Positions 28,986 to 43,552 of a stretch of DNA of 64,000 bases are shown one piece after another. A program made the position numbers and the translations under genes. Below the pieces are notes generated by a model. It did no database searches. It had not been told where the DNA came from and saw nothing but the letters and a program-made list of their open reading frames with translations. How positions within the stretch are numbered: the stretch's first letter is position 1; each line of letters opens with the position of its first letter. Origin of the DNA: Octopus vulgaris (lineage: Eukaryota); assembly GCA_951406725.2 (NCBI GenBank), contig OX597824.1, forward strand, positions 15,624,001 through 15,688,000. Reading direction: 5' to 3'.

Positions 28986-29969
28986 TACGTGAGTGGTTGT
29001 CCATGACTGTATGCGCGTGTGAATGTGTGTGTGTGTGTATGTATGTGCATATGTGTATATGCTGTCGTCGAACAAGTGATTAATTCGAAAGTTTTCTTAG
29101 CAGTGGTTTCCTCCAACCACGTGACACTAGCGTAGCTAGGGTGTGTGTGTGTCACCTACAGAGCATGCCTTGATTTCGCTGCTTCTTTCCTCCTCTCTAC
29201 TGTACAGGTTTATAGAACAGAACTAAAAGTGCTGTCCTTATGAAAGCCTATCTCATCTCCACCACTCTTAGCTACATCATTGCTGCATGGCGTTTCGGAC
29301 AATTTTCTTTTCTCATAAAACGTATCGCCCCAATCTTCTGTATGAAATAAATAACCAAACGCAAACTCTTTGGTATTTAACCGAAACTGAAAGGTACAAC
29401 CTTGGTACACATTGTGTCACCGTAATTCTACCCGAAGGTCAGATTAAAAGAACAAGTCTGTGCAATGCTCAATCAAATTGATACTAATTCAGTGAGCTGA
29501 CGATTTAGTTGATCGAACAGCTAAATACTTATCGCCAAAACCAAGAAAAGAGGCATTATAAACCGCGTGTGTAATATGGTTATTGTACATATGTGTATGC
29601 GCGCACGTATGTATATGTGTCCGAAATCTAATGTGCCAACATTAATGTTTGTGCAGACAAACATTCGCAACTTAGCAGACATATGCATACTTAGGTGTGG
29701 CTAACGCTCATCACCCACCCACACGCACGCCCATACACACACATAAACACACAACGGAACCCATTAATAATTCCACAAGAAACATACACTTAAATTCATT
29801 TTCATAGAGTAAGAAATATATATTATTTAACCATAAGTCTGTTTAACAATGTGCCTTCGTCTACTTGTGCTTATGTGTGTACGCATGTGCACGTCTATTT
29901 CTAGCATGTGTCGCTACTCACTGATACCCTCATTATAATTATATTCATATAATTATATATATAAATGTG

Positions 29970-30203
29970 CCCTTTTTAAAACCTAGCCAGGCTCATGGGC
30001 CCGGTTTCCCGGTTTCTATGGCGTATGTGTTCCCCAGCTGGACGAGACGCCAGTCCATCGCAGCGTTACTCATTTTTGCCAGCTGAGTGGACTGGAGCAA
30101 CGTGAAATGAAGTGTTTTGCTCAAGAACACAACGCGTCGCCCGGTCCAGTAATGGAAACCACAATCTTACGATCACGATGCTAACCACTAAGCCACGCGC
30201 CTC
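29970..30203 (-). mobile_element. SINE family C, near full length
   Basis: Reverse complement begins GGAGGCGCGTGGCTTAGTGG and ends ...GGCTAGGTTTTAAAAAGGGC. Confidence 0.85.
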
Positions 30204-30229
30204 CACAAATATCACTTATATATGTATAT

Positions 30230-30295
<66 letters not shown>

Positions 30296-30644
30296 ATATG
30301 TATGGATCAAAACAATATTTGAGTGCCCAAATTTCGTTTGTTCGCTCACACAGACACACACAGACACACACACACAGACACACACACACACATACACACA
30401 CATACACAGGCACACACACACACATATCTACCCATACTCAAATATTTTGATATACATTCATGCCTTCTTTTGTTCTGGGGTTCTTTGCACGCACGCCAAC
30501 ACAAACAGAATGTAGTGAGCACAAATGCATATGAACATCTATATTTAAATATATATGTGCAGATATCCATCTGCATTTGTGTGTATTTATGTATGAATAT
30601 ATGTATATACATACATATAAATCTATTCACACACACACACATAG

Positions 30645-30714
<70 letters not shown>

Positions 30715-31284
30715 GTAAGTATATGCAAATATTTATACATAAATACTCACGAATACATTTGGATACAGACCAACACACACATACGTATATGTATGCTCAC
30801 GTATAATTGTTCAGTTTTTTACAAACACTTGCCTACAAAAACACACACAGAGATATAAAAGCGATTGTGTATGTGTATATGTGTGTGTGTGTGTGTATGT
30901 GTGTGTGTGTGTGTGTATGTCTGTGTGTGTACGTGTGTTGTACGTTGTATCCGTCCTCTATAAGGCCGATGTTGTTTCTCTCCTCGTTTTATCTATTGAT
31001 AAAACTTGTCTTTTTTCCGCTCCTGTTTCTCTATTTCGTGATGATTCTCTCTTTTACCAAGACTCGACGATTCTCTTTCCTGTAAATTGCTCCCAACCTG
31101 AAAAACGGACCAATTAGTGAAACTTTTTTAGAACTGCAGCGAGAGAAACCCAGCATTGGAACTTAATATCGATAGACGATTTCTTCCCCATTTTTAGTTT
31201 CTTACACGATACTCTTCTCGTTCTAGTAGAACCGAATAAGAAGCAAGCGATTTCAACAAAAAAAAAAACTTAATATAGACAGCA

Positions 31285-31562
31285 AATCCTTTGTGAGAGA
31301 ATTTTATAGATGGAAACTGCGTGGAAACCTGTCGAGTATATATATCTTAAACTACGTGTGTGCGTTTGTATTTCTACAACCCTGTCACTTGACAACTGGT
31401 GTCCGTTTGTTTACGTCGCAGGGACGTAGCGATTAGGCAAGAGACGGATAGGTTAAGTACCAAATTTAAAAATATGTACTGGCGTTGATTTGTGAGACTA
31501 GACATCTTCAATGCGGTGCCCCAGCACTGCCGAAGTCTAATGAATGGAACTGGTAAAGAATA
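31285..31562 (+). mobile_element. Old, diverged SINE-A-related copy
   Basis: Colinear degenerate blocks CCTTTGTGAG, GGAAACTG, TGTTTACGTC, GCGGTGCCCCAGCA. Confidence 0.65.
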
Positions 31563-31955
31563 GAATTTTTCATTTATTGATGAAGTTTCTGATAACAGAG
31601 TTCCAAGAATATTTGTTCAAATAAAAACTGATAATTTATGTGAACCATCTTCTAATGACAAACCAGGGAAAGGAAAGGAATAGCGAACGTTTTCAGAACG
31701 GGAGAAAAATTCCACTTTCAAATTAAATTGCACTTAAGTTTTGAAAGACGCGTTTAAAACGGAAGCACTATATTAACAATTTTTGAAAATATATAATCCG
31801 GAACTATGGAAGCCGATAAAAGTTGGAAGAAATAAGTTTAGAACTGGTGGAATTGACCACAAGAAAGAAAAAAAAAATTTCCGAATAAAGTAGACAGATT
31901 ATTATAAGAGGAAGTGAATTCAACAACAAACAAAACTAAATGACCCTAAATAATA

Positions 31956-32158
31956 GGTGCAGTCATGGTTGGTTGGTTAAGAATCTCACTTTGCAACCAC
32001 GTGGCCTGAGATGCAGTCCCACGGTGAAGGACCCTGGGCATGTGTCTCCTAATATAGGCCCTCGGACGACTAATGCTTTGAGAGCGGATTTTATATGGAA
32101 ACTTTATGGAAACCCGTCGAATATACATGCATACATAAACACATACAAACATACATAC

Positions 32159-32255
<97 letters not shown>

Positions 32256-32500
32256 TGTGTGTGTACATGTGAGCATGTTTGTGTATCTTCGTATCTGTGC
32301 TTCCCTATCTCCACCGCTGGACAATCAATGTTGGTTTGATTACGTTCCTGTAACATAGCGGTTCAATACTCATTTTTGTCAGCTGTGTGAACTGGGACTA
32401 CGTGAAATAAAGTGCTCCAGAGAGAAACGCACCGCGCGGCCAGGTATCAAATTCAAGACGACATTCGTGAACCAAATTCCTTAACCACTTCGCCACACGC
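31956..32500. mobile_element. Diverged SINE-A (+) abutting a SINE-C fragment (-)
   Basis: SINE-A-like at 31956-32363; reverse SINE-C-like at about 32365-32500. Confidence 0.65.
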
Positions 32501-32508
32501 CTTTACTC

Positions 32509-32579
<71 letters not shown>

Positions 32580-32718
32580 GTGGTTTTATCTCTAACTTAT
32601 ATTTTATATATTTATATTGTGAAATTTGATTTAATACAAAATTGAATTTTTCCCTGTAAGTTTGGAGTTCTAGTCCCTAATATCATATATATATATATAT
32701 ATATATATATGTATACAC

Positions 32719-32771
<53 letters not shown>

Positions 32772-33028
32772 CATATATACATAGATACATATATACATAC
32801 ATATACGTATGTATGTATGCATGTATGTATGTATGTATGTATGTATGTATGTATGTATGTATGTATGTATGTATGTATGTATGTACGTACATAACGTCGA
32901 AATTTTTCGCAGAATGTGAATTGAAAGAAAAGTGCTCTATGTAGACAATAGAATTGAATGTTATTATTAGTTTAGTTAAACGGCTCAGATAGGGGTGCAT
33001 AGAAGAATATATATGTGTTTGTGTTTAA

Positions 33029-33096
<68 letters not shown>

Positions 33097-34240
33097 TACC
33101 ATCTCATCATAAAGTCTAAAGAAACAAATATATAGGTACACACACGCGCACACACTTGTACACACATTCTGTCACTCACGCACTCATACATACACCCATG
33201 CATATACATCTATATTTCTACGTGTAATATTAAAGTAATTGAGCTGATATGTGGGAGATGCGAGCAGGGTAAAGTTACCGTAGTTAGTTATTTCTCTTCT
33301 CTGACGCTCACTCTCAATATAATTCTACTAAGATCAAAAAATTAGTAAGCCGAAACTCCGCTCTGGTTGGTACGTACTTCGATAAACCGCATTTCTTCGT
33401 TGCATATCTGAGGCCCTGGTACCACTATAAACACGATACGTCAAAACAGTCATTTGAACGAAACAAGAATACAAAATATAAGTTGGTAAAAAACCTTACA
33501 CTAACACTTACTTTTCTCTTCCACTTACTTTTAACTTTCAATACTTCGATATTCTGACTTTTCTCCTTCCTCCTATTCCTACTTCTCCTCTTTCTCATCT
33601 TCCTCATCATAATCACCAACATCATTATTATCATTATTTTTTCATTTTTTTTTTTACTTGCAGACCCAATTTACACATAACCTACCCTAAGACTGTACTT
33701 CCTTTAAAACCTATTCCCGCTTTATCAGAGAGGTTTTTACCCAGGTCTACAGACACAGTTCGCCAACGGGAGATTTCCCCAACTGGATTATTCGATATAA
33801 CCCGACCCAAATGAAGAAAAATTATATATATATATATATATACAAATATATAAACACACAATTAATTAAAGAACAATAATTAACTACATTGGATATCGTA
33901 CAATATATATATATATATATATAAATATGTATATATATATACGTACACACATATATATGTATATACTGTGATGTTTGCCGGCGTATGATAACGAAAGCAA
34001 GTCACAGAGAACTCAATATTGTAGTAGAATGTGTATGTGAATATTTAAAACCACACATAGAAATAAAAACACACATTCATACATACAAAAAGACGATAAA
34101 ATACTCGAATAAACAAACTGAAAATAAGCACAATTAATTAATTTATCAATTGATTGGGTTAGATCATCTCAACAAGATAACGATGGAACATTTCTGAGAT
34201 AGACTATAATGGACACGAATATATATACATATATATATAC

Positions 34241-34292
<52 letters not shown>

Positions 34293-34504
34293 GGCGTGTT
34301 ATTGTTTCTAAAATGAAATTCAAAGTTATGGAAAAAAAAATAGCTTCCATATATATCCATATGTATGTGTATATATGTATATGCGTGTGTATAGTCAACT
34401 GTATATATTTGCGTTCGTCAATGAGTTTTATGCATGTATGTGCGTGTTTTTCTCTGTGTTGCTGTTTGTATATCGATGTATTTGTTAATAAACATAAATT
34501 CGTG

Positions 34505-34552
<48 letters not shown>

Positions 34553-34943
34553 GTGTGTATGTATGTAATTCTTGGATATATTTCAAGTTTGTGCAAAGTT
34601 GTAGAGAACGAGGATATTTTTCTTCTAATATTTTATATCGTGTATATATATAACATGTATGTGGAAAATAGATAAATATTATACAGACAACAACAATTAT
34701 AAAAAACAGCAAAAAATAAGGAAGAAAAAAACACCTCCGACGAGAAGGCCACTAAATAGTGGAAACACATAAACAAATGAATGAATAAATAAATAAATAA
34801 TCTAAATTCTTGTGTGCTCTTTGGGTATGTCTAAAATATGTTGTTTTACTTTGCCTTGGAAGATGTATGTTGATCTCGTTGAACGTGGGCTCAAAATAAA
34901 TACTTTAATATCTACAATATAAATGGAATGGTAATAGAAAAGA

Positions 34944-35007
<64 letters not shown>

Positions 35008-35018
35008 GTGTGTATGTG

Positions 35019-35108
<90 letters not shown>

Positions 35109-35785
35109 AATATATGTGTACGTGTGCGTTTGCGTGTTAGAATGCAGGCAACTATTCACACACATGTTGAGAGTTGATGCTTGCCACTTGTCATTTTGGT
35201 AAATGTTGTGTACGAAACTCTCGACCATTGAGTCACCTTTACATTCTGCTTATTATGATTATGATTATTATTATTATTATTATTATCATAACAATAATAA
35301 TACGTTTATATATATACATACACACACACGCATGTATGTTATGTATGCATTTATGTATGTACACCATGAAACATGTATATTGGCATAAAATTTGGGCGAG
35401 TGACTGAACAGTCAGCCCTTAATTGGGCAATTGTTTAATTGAAACGCTAACGTTAATGTTTCCGACTGTAGCATGTCTATTTGGAATGAACAATTGTGAA
35501 TATGCAGGCTATAAAAGTAATCCAATGAAACTGGATGTTTGATAATGTTAATTTAAACGAGACTCTGAATTACACCATGGGAACAAAAGGATTACCAACA
35601 CCAGCAATAACAACAACATTGCAATAATAATCAAATACTCTACCTAATCAGGTCTCCCCTATTCATGCTTCTAACTTCACTGCTGGATAAACTCCTCCTC
35701 CGTTCCACCATCTCTTAAACATCTCCCCACTCTTTCTCTCATCTTGTCACCTGATTTTGTCAAGCATGAGCAAATCAAAGCGGAA

Positions 35786-35857
<72 letters not shown>

Positions 35858-35874
35858 CATTATTATTATTATAA

Positions 35875-35942
<68 letters not shown>

Positions 35943-36485
35943 GCGTGAGAGAGCAGTGCATGCCATCAGAGTAAAATATACGAAGCCCGGTATACCCATC
36001 ATGACTACCCGTCTAATAAGGGTACACCAGGCACATGCATCACAACCATATGTGTGCGACATAGCGATCTCATAGTAAGATAAACAGCGCATGACCTTGC
36101 AAGTGGGGCCCAGTTAGAATTTTCTTCTGGTCGAGTAGCCTATCCTGCTCAGAAGGTCCCTGAATAAGGATTGTTTAAGGATGTTGAACGAACCACTCAT
36201 GTTTACAAAGGTGAATTATCCAAACCTCTAAGAATTCCTTTCAACACACTGCTATGATGCTCCCCCACTATTTTTGCTCATGACAGAGATGCACATATCG
36301 TCAGACACTAAGGGACATGGTCATCTAGTTAAGGTGAAACAACTGACAAGTAAATCTGTGGTATTGAGCAGAATATTTGCTGTTAGCCCATCTTTTACAC
36401 CAAGACAAAACAACGTACATGATAACACTTCCAATCAGTTAAGATCAGAAACCACGAGAACCACTGCCTGGTACTGCGTCAGGGC

Positions 36486-36487
<2 letters not shown>
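35943..36487. mobile_element. About 545-bp non-coding insert embedded in an (ATT)n array
   Basis: Complex sequence with abrupt boundaries and long (ATT)n on both sides; family not identifiable from this window alone. Confidence 0.55.
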
Positions 36488-36551
<64 letters not shown>

Positions 36552-36565
36552 CATCATCATCATCA

Positions 36566-36656
<91 letters not shown>

Positions 36657-37261
36657 CATTGTTTTTATTGTTGTGCCTTTCTGCATCTCTCACACACGCG
36701 CATAAAAAACCATGCCGGAAGAGTCCATGAGGGATTCCGTATTTTGCCTTTCTCATTGGATTAGCCCATTTTATTAAACAAAACACACGTGCATACAGAG
36801 GGAGAGAGAAAGGGAGAGAAAGAGAAACATATACAAACACACGAACACACATACGCACTTGCACACATATGCATGCGAACACATATACACACTCAGAGCG
36901 TCGTTCACAGAAAGAACCCTATGCGTATACCCACGGGTATACTTGCAAGCTGACGTCAACACAAACATATAGAAATATGTTGAAGAAGCCATCTAATCAA
37001 TATTCGATGACGTCTTGGCGACTGTAACAGATTGACTGGTTTTCATTGTTTACTGAAAAAGTATTAAAATACTTGTAAATATAAATTTTTTTTATATGGA
37101 AATGAGAAACCTAGTTGCTTCTGGTGAGTTTCAATTGGGAGAGTTAGCGAGGGAGAGCCTTTGGGAAAGAGGAGAGGGAAAGAGAGAGAGAGAAGAGAAG
37201 GCAAAGAATAAGAGAGAAAGGAAGATGGAGAGAGTGTGAGTGTGTGAAAGATGTTGGATTC

Positions 37262-37493
37262 GTGCTAGCTGGCAGAGTCGTTAGCACGCCGGGCGAAATG
37301 GTTTGCGGCATTTCATCTGTCGTTACCATTCTGAGTTCGAATTCTGCCGAGGTCCACTTTGCTTTTCATCCTTTCGGGGTCGATAAATAAAGCACCAGTT
37401 TCGCACTGGGGTCGATGTTATCGACTTAATCCCTTTGTCTGCCCTTGTTTGTCCCCCTTCTATGTTTAGCCCCTTGTGGGCAATAAAGAAATA
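37262..37493 (+). mobile_element. SINE family B, tail 1
   Basis: Matches 1557-1784. Confidence 0.88.
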
Positions 37494-37689
37494 TATACTT
37501 GGCAATAGCTGTTTCACAATCCTCGAACGCCGAACGAGTGCGCAAGTAAAATTTCGTTACTCTGTGTCTTGAACAGTCATCGATGACAGCGTTTTCATAC
37601 CCAACAAAATCTAACCCAATCCGACAGAGCACCTACCTCTTCTCGGTAATACTAATACTAATAATAATGATAATACTAATGGTTTCAAA

Positions 37690-37890
37690 GGCGGCGAGAT
37701 GGCAGAAACGTTAGTGCTTAACGGCGTTTCGTCCATCTTTACGTTCTGTGTTCAAATCCCGCTGAGGTCGACTTTGTCTTTCATCCTTTCGGGGGTCGAT
37801 AAAATAAATACCAGTTGAGCATTGGGATCGATGTAATCGTCTTACCTCCTACTCAGAAATTGCTGGCCTTGTGCCAACATTTAAAACCAA
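37690..37890 (+). mobile_element. SINE family B, diverged, tail-2-like
   Basis: GGCGGCGAGATGGCAGAA head and B core; GGCCTTGTGCC tail. Confidence 0.75.
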
Positions 37891-38447
37891 TTTTTTACAA
37901 TATCACCAAATTTGAAGGGAGGGCTTAGTTGATAGCACTGGCCCCAGCACCTGGCTGATATTTCAATTTATTGCCCCCGGAAGTAGAGAGAAATTCGATC
38001 CTGGTGGGATTTGTACTCGGAGCATGCATAAAGAGCCGGAACAAATGGTGTAAAGACATTTTTACCGACGCTCTAATCACCATCTCCACTTATAAATATT
38101 TCACGAATACCTGTCTTTGTCAATAGACACGCGTACACAGACGCACAGGCACACCCAAATTATAATCATAATAACAATATGTATTAATTAACGTACTCTC
38201 TATATTTCCTCTTGATATCTACATTAATACAAGGTTGCTAAAGAGGGCGTTGCCTGTACTGATTATGGGGAGCATAGTTTACCATAATTCAAACTTTTTC
38301 CTTCAGTCTCAACATGTATTTAACTCTCGCAATTTACATAATTTACTGCTCGTTCATATCGTACGCGTGTGTGGGTGTTGTGTGTGTGAGTAGAATTACA
38401 CACACACACACACGCACACACACACATACACACACACACACACGAAC

Positions 38448-39196
38448 GTTCCGTTCTGAGTTCTGAGTTTAAATTCCGCCGAGGTCGACTTTGCCTTTCA
38501 TGCTTTCGGGGTCGATAAATTAAATACCAGTTACACACTGGTGTCGATGTAATCGACTTAATTCCATTGTCTGTCTTTATTTGTCCCCTCTATGTTTAGC
38601 CCCTTGTGTGCAATAAAGAAATAAAAAAAACGTTAGTATACTGGGCGAAATGCTTAGTAGTATTTCGTCTACCACTTCGTTCTGAGTTCAAATTCCGCCG
38701 AGGTCGACTTTGCCCTTCATCCTTTCGGGGTCGATTAAATAAGTACCAGTTACGCACTGGGGTCGATGTAATCGACTTAATCCGTTTGTCTGTCCTTGTT
38801 TGTCCTCTCTGTGTTTAGCCCCTAGTAGGTAGTAAAGAAATAGGTATTTCGTCCGCCATTACGTTCTGAGTTCAAATTCCGCCGAAGTTGAATTTGCCTT
38901 TCATCCTTTCGGGGTCGATTAAATAAGTACCAATTACGTACTGGGGTCGATGTAATCGACTTAATCCGTTTGACTGTCCTTGTTTGTCCTCTCTGTGTTT
39001 AGCCCCTTGTTCGTAATAAAGAAATAGGTATTTCTTCTGCCGCTACGTTCTGAGTCCAAATTCCGCCGAGGTCGACTTTGCCTTTCATCCTTTCGGGGGT
39101 CGATAAATTAAGTACCAGTTGTGTACTGGGGCGATCTAATCGACTGGCCCCCTTCCCTCAAAATCTCGTACCTTGTGCTTAAAATAGCAAAGAATA
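38448..39196 (+). mobile_element. Head-to-tail array of four SINE-B units (three with tail 1, the last with tail 2)
   Basis: GTTCTGAG...AAATTCCGCCGA core recurs at about 38460, 38680, 38865 and 39050. Confidence 0.9.
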
Positions 39197-39706
39197 TTTC
39201 GTAGCCATATCGTGGTCTTGCACTGAAAAAACATAATCTTTGAGATGTGACATGATGTAACAGTTACGAATATCCTCTTCAAGTTTACGAGAAACACCAA
39301 TAATGATTTTTCTGTTTGCGGTATACAAAGTGTTTCTCTTCTAAGTCATTGCGTCCGTATGTTAGTCTTATAATTCTGGTTTCATATAGAGAACTATTAG
39401 AGAGTGAATGCTTCTTGAGAAATTCACTACCGACTTGCAGGATGTTATTCACTTCGCTTTTGAACAGATGGTTAAGGTATTTATTTTTTCCAGGCGCTGT
39501 GTGAGAGATAGTATATGACACGTAAGGGCTCTCTACAGTGAATTCGATTCGCTAGCTGAATATCATTGTCTTTGAAGGTGCTTTCAGTTGGTGTAAGAAC
39601 AAAGGAAAACATAGTGTTCTATAAACAGTGGCTAATACATTGTAGGTAGATTAATTCTTTCACTTCATATTTCTTGAGAAACATATTCGGTCTGAATTTT
39701 CATCAA

Positions 39707-40302
39707 CTCTTTCATTACTGTATTTATTTTGAGATGCTCTGTGTTTCTTTCAAGTAATCCCTCTCTATATATAAAGCTGAAGTTGTCTGTGTATGGCAGG
39801 TTTGGTAGCCTTCAACTAACACTATCTCCTCCGAGACCCTGCGGTGCAAGTTGACCAAAATTGAAAGTATGATAGAAGAAGGCTTGCTCTTCCTTCCGTA
39901 GAAGAAAAGATTCAAATCGGACCATGTTAAGACCAAACATTATTTACATCAAAAAGGTGCTTTTTTTCTATGAAAATCCCTATTTTTTACGATTTTGTGA
40001 CTGCTGTGTCACCCTTTTTCGTTGTATTTCAACCAGAGAATAACAAGCTACATAATGCAAAATTTTTACTTTTCAAAAATTCCAATTCTAAAGAATCGAA
40101 ACAAACCCGAGCAACGCCGGGCGATACTGCTAGCTTTAAATAAAACAGAATTTAGTAAAATAACTTAGTTATCATTAAGCTAGTGTTTGGAACATAAATT
40201 TTGACTAAGGTCTGGTGGAAGATTTTAATTCAATACTTATGAAAACCAGACTCTTGTACGACAGAGCCAGAGGCAGTTTCAGCCAGGTTGGTATCGAAAG
40301 GG
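39707..40302. mobile_element. piggyBac-type MITE copy 1, interrupted by a Helitron
   Basis: Ends GGTATCGAAAGGG|TTAA; colinear with 40455-40675 and 40702-40904 once 39758-40133 is removed. Confidence 0.75.
39758..40133 (+). mobile_element. Non-autonomous Helitron
   Basis: 5' TC...TCTATATATAAA, subterminal hairpin CCCGAGC-AAC-GCCGGG (40106-40121), CTAG 3' end; no TSD; splits a MITE cleanly. Confidence 0.85.
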
Positions 40303-40454
40303 TTAAACATACCTCTACACTTGGACAGATGCACATTAGAAGCATTTCGAAGGGTGTGGATTGAAGGAAGTTTAGGCTATTATTTCTAGCATATAGAGTG
40401 ACCACATTGAGGATTCCTTCTCTTATGTCTTCTGCTGATTATTTTCCTTCTTAA

Positions 40455-40675
40455 CCCTCTTGTTACTATATTTCTGTTGAGATGCTCTGTGTTTCTTTCA
40501 ATTACTTTAAATATAACAAAGAATTTAGTAAAATAACTTACTTATCATTAAGCTAGTGTTAGAAATATAAATTGTGACTAAAGTTTGATGGAAGATTTTA
40601 ATTCAGAACTTTTGTAAACAAGACATTTGTACTACAGAGCCAGAGCTGGTTTAAGGCGGATTGGTATCAGAAAGG
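40455..40675. mobile_element. piggyBac-type MITE copy 2
   Basis: TTAA|CCCTCTTGTTAC 5' end; similar to copies 1 and 3. Confidence 0.75.
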
Positions 40676-40701
40676 TTGGTTAAAAATATCACGGTGACTA
40701 A

Positions 40702-40904
40702 CCCTTTTGTTACCATATTTCAGTTGAGATGCTCTATGTTAATTTATTTTAAATATAGTAAAGAATTTAGTAAAATAACTTGGTAATCATTAAGCTAGTG
40801 TAAGAACATAAATTGTGACTAAGGTTTGGTGGAAGAACTTATGAAAACAAGAGACTTGTACTATAGAACTAGAGCCGGTTTCAGCCAGGTTGATATCGAA
40901 AGGG
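40702..40904. mobile_element. piggyBac-type MITE copy 3
   Basis: CTAA|CCCTTTTGTTACC ... GATATCGAAAGGG|TTAA, imperfect TIRs of about 13 bp. Confidence 0.78.
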
Positions 40905-41272
40905 TTAACTTTCAATTTATTCTCGTCTGTCTTGTATAGAATACTAACTTGTATAGAATATTAACTAGTAGAAATACTAGTTAATAGTAGAAAAGCGTAA
41001 GTTTCACATATTATTCATAATTTAATTGTGCTCTACAGCTATTTTAACAGAGTGAAATCTTATGATTTATATGATTAAATAATTAACTTGTATAATAAAT
41101 TTCAAACTGATATGTTAACTATTTCCTCAGGAGGAAAATCGCGATGCCCTCAACTATCGTTTTAGTCGATTCTTTACACATTTACAAGTTTATTCCACCG
41201 GGATTTGATGCAATGTAATGATGTATTAGCGTTTAACGATGGTGTTATTGAGGTTTTTAAATATTGTGATTA

Positions 41273-41688
41273 CTCTTTTACTCTTTGACTTGTTTCAGTC
41301 ATTTCACTGTGACCATGTTGTAGTACCGCTTTTAGTCGAGCAAATCGACCCCACGACTTTTTCTTTGTAAGCCTAGTACTTATTCTATCGGTCTCTTTTG
41401 TCGAATCACTAAGTTACTGAGACGTAAACACACCAGCATCGGTTGTCAAGCGATGTTGGGGGAACAAACACAGACACACAAACATACACACACACATACA
41501 TACATGCATATATATATATATATATATACACATACATATATACGACGGGCTTCTTTCAGTTTCCGTCTACCAAATCCACTTACAAGGCTATAGTAGAAGA
41601 CACTTGCCCAAGGTGCCACGTAGTGGGACTGAACCCAGAACCACGTGGTTGGTAAGCAAGCTACTTACCGCACAGCCACTCCTACGCC
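41273..41688 (-). mobile_element. SINE family A, small internal deletion
   Basis: Reverse-complement match to 679-1126. Confidence 0.88.
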
Positions 41689-42065
41689 TATCTGTCTATC
41701 TCTCGCTCTCTATCTATCTATCTATCTATCTATTAAATATCGATAAATTATATTAAGACACACAGTTGTCATTTTCTGAAAACGATTGCATTCATAAAGA
41801 TACCAGAAGAATGCGTAGGTTAGACATCAGCTGGATATAAGTATGAAAAATTGATATTTTTACTATATACACCGAGGACAATAAAGCCGTAAGTCACTGT
41901 GTGTTAAAATTCGATTTAAATTTCCTAGAATTCTAATCTCCAATATTTATGCGTAGTGCGTCGACAAATACAGTTTTAGCACATTTCAGGGCTGTTAACG
42001 TTAATATTTCTCAAAGGTTCTGAATGGATTCTTAGAATGCATTGCGAAATAAATAAAGCAATATG

Positions 42066-42562
<497 letters not shown>

Positions 42563-43129
42563 CTGCTCGGGTACTCCACAAACTAAATTTAGAGTGATGT
42601 AACTTGATTTTATGCGTGGTCAGTTGTTCTACTTGTGTCGCTATAAATGCGACAAATTTTCAGAAATACAAATATATCCAAGTATAATATATGCTAATTT
42701 ATGCATTGCATTTTTCTTGATTCAAATAGTATAAATATTATGTTAAGTTACAGCGCTATATAAGTAATACTATGTTTATACTTATTTCAATCCTTATTAA
42801 ATAAGCTAACCTTAATTCGTATCGCAGTATATAATTGCCAAATTAGACACAGTTACCTAACCTCATTAAAGCGAACACACAGACAAGTGTTTACAAAAAT
42901 TACTTACTATACATAAATTAATTTAATTATTATGCGACACTGTTAACTATTAAGTGAATAATGGCACATATATTTTTAAAGGAAAATATTATTTACACAA
43001 TTCTAATTAATTAATTAATTAATTAATTAATCAATTAATTAATATATATACTTAATTTAGTCATGTATCCATCGTTGAAGATGCCTGGTGCCTCTCGTTC
43101 CAATGTAACAGATTCTGATACACACTCAA

Positions 43130-43552
43130 CGCCAGGAATTTTGAAGGGGGCGAAAATTGTCTATTGTAGTACTTGACTGTTGCTTTATTTTCTGGAGCCT
43201 AAAAGAGGAAAGGCGAAGTTGACCCCGGCGGGATTTAAGTCAGAATATGAAAGCCTGGATCAAATACCTTAATTCGTTTTTCCGACGGAGTAATGCTTTT
43301 TCCAGCTCGCCGCCTTCTCATTTCAATATAATGATTTCAAGTTTTGACGCAAGGCCAATAATCTCGAGGAAAGGAGCAAGTCGATTACATCGATCTATGT
43401 GCTTAACTGGTACTTATTTAATCGTCCTCGAATAGGGGGAAAAAGAAAGTCAACTTCGGCGGAATTTGAACTCAGAACGTAAAGACACACGAAATGCCGC
43501 TAAACATTTTTCCCGGCTTTCTGACTGAAACAAGTAAAAGAGTAAAAGAGTA
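43130..43552. mobile_element. Two degenerate SINE-B copies (-) followed by a SINE-A tail (+)
   Basis: GGCGGAATTTGAACTCAGAACG-like blocks; GACTGAAACAAGTAAAAGAGTAAAAGAG at about 43523-43551. Confidence 0.65.
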
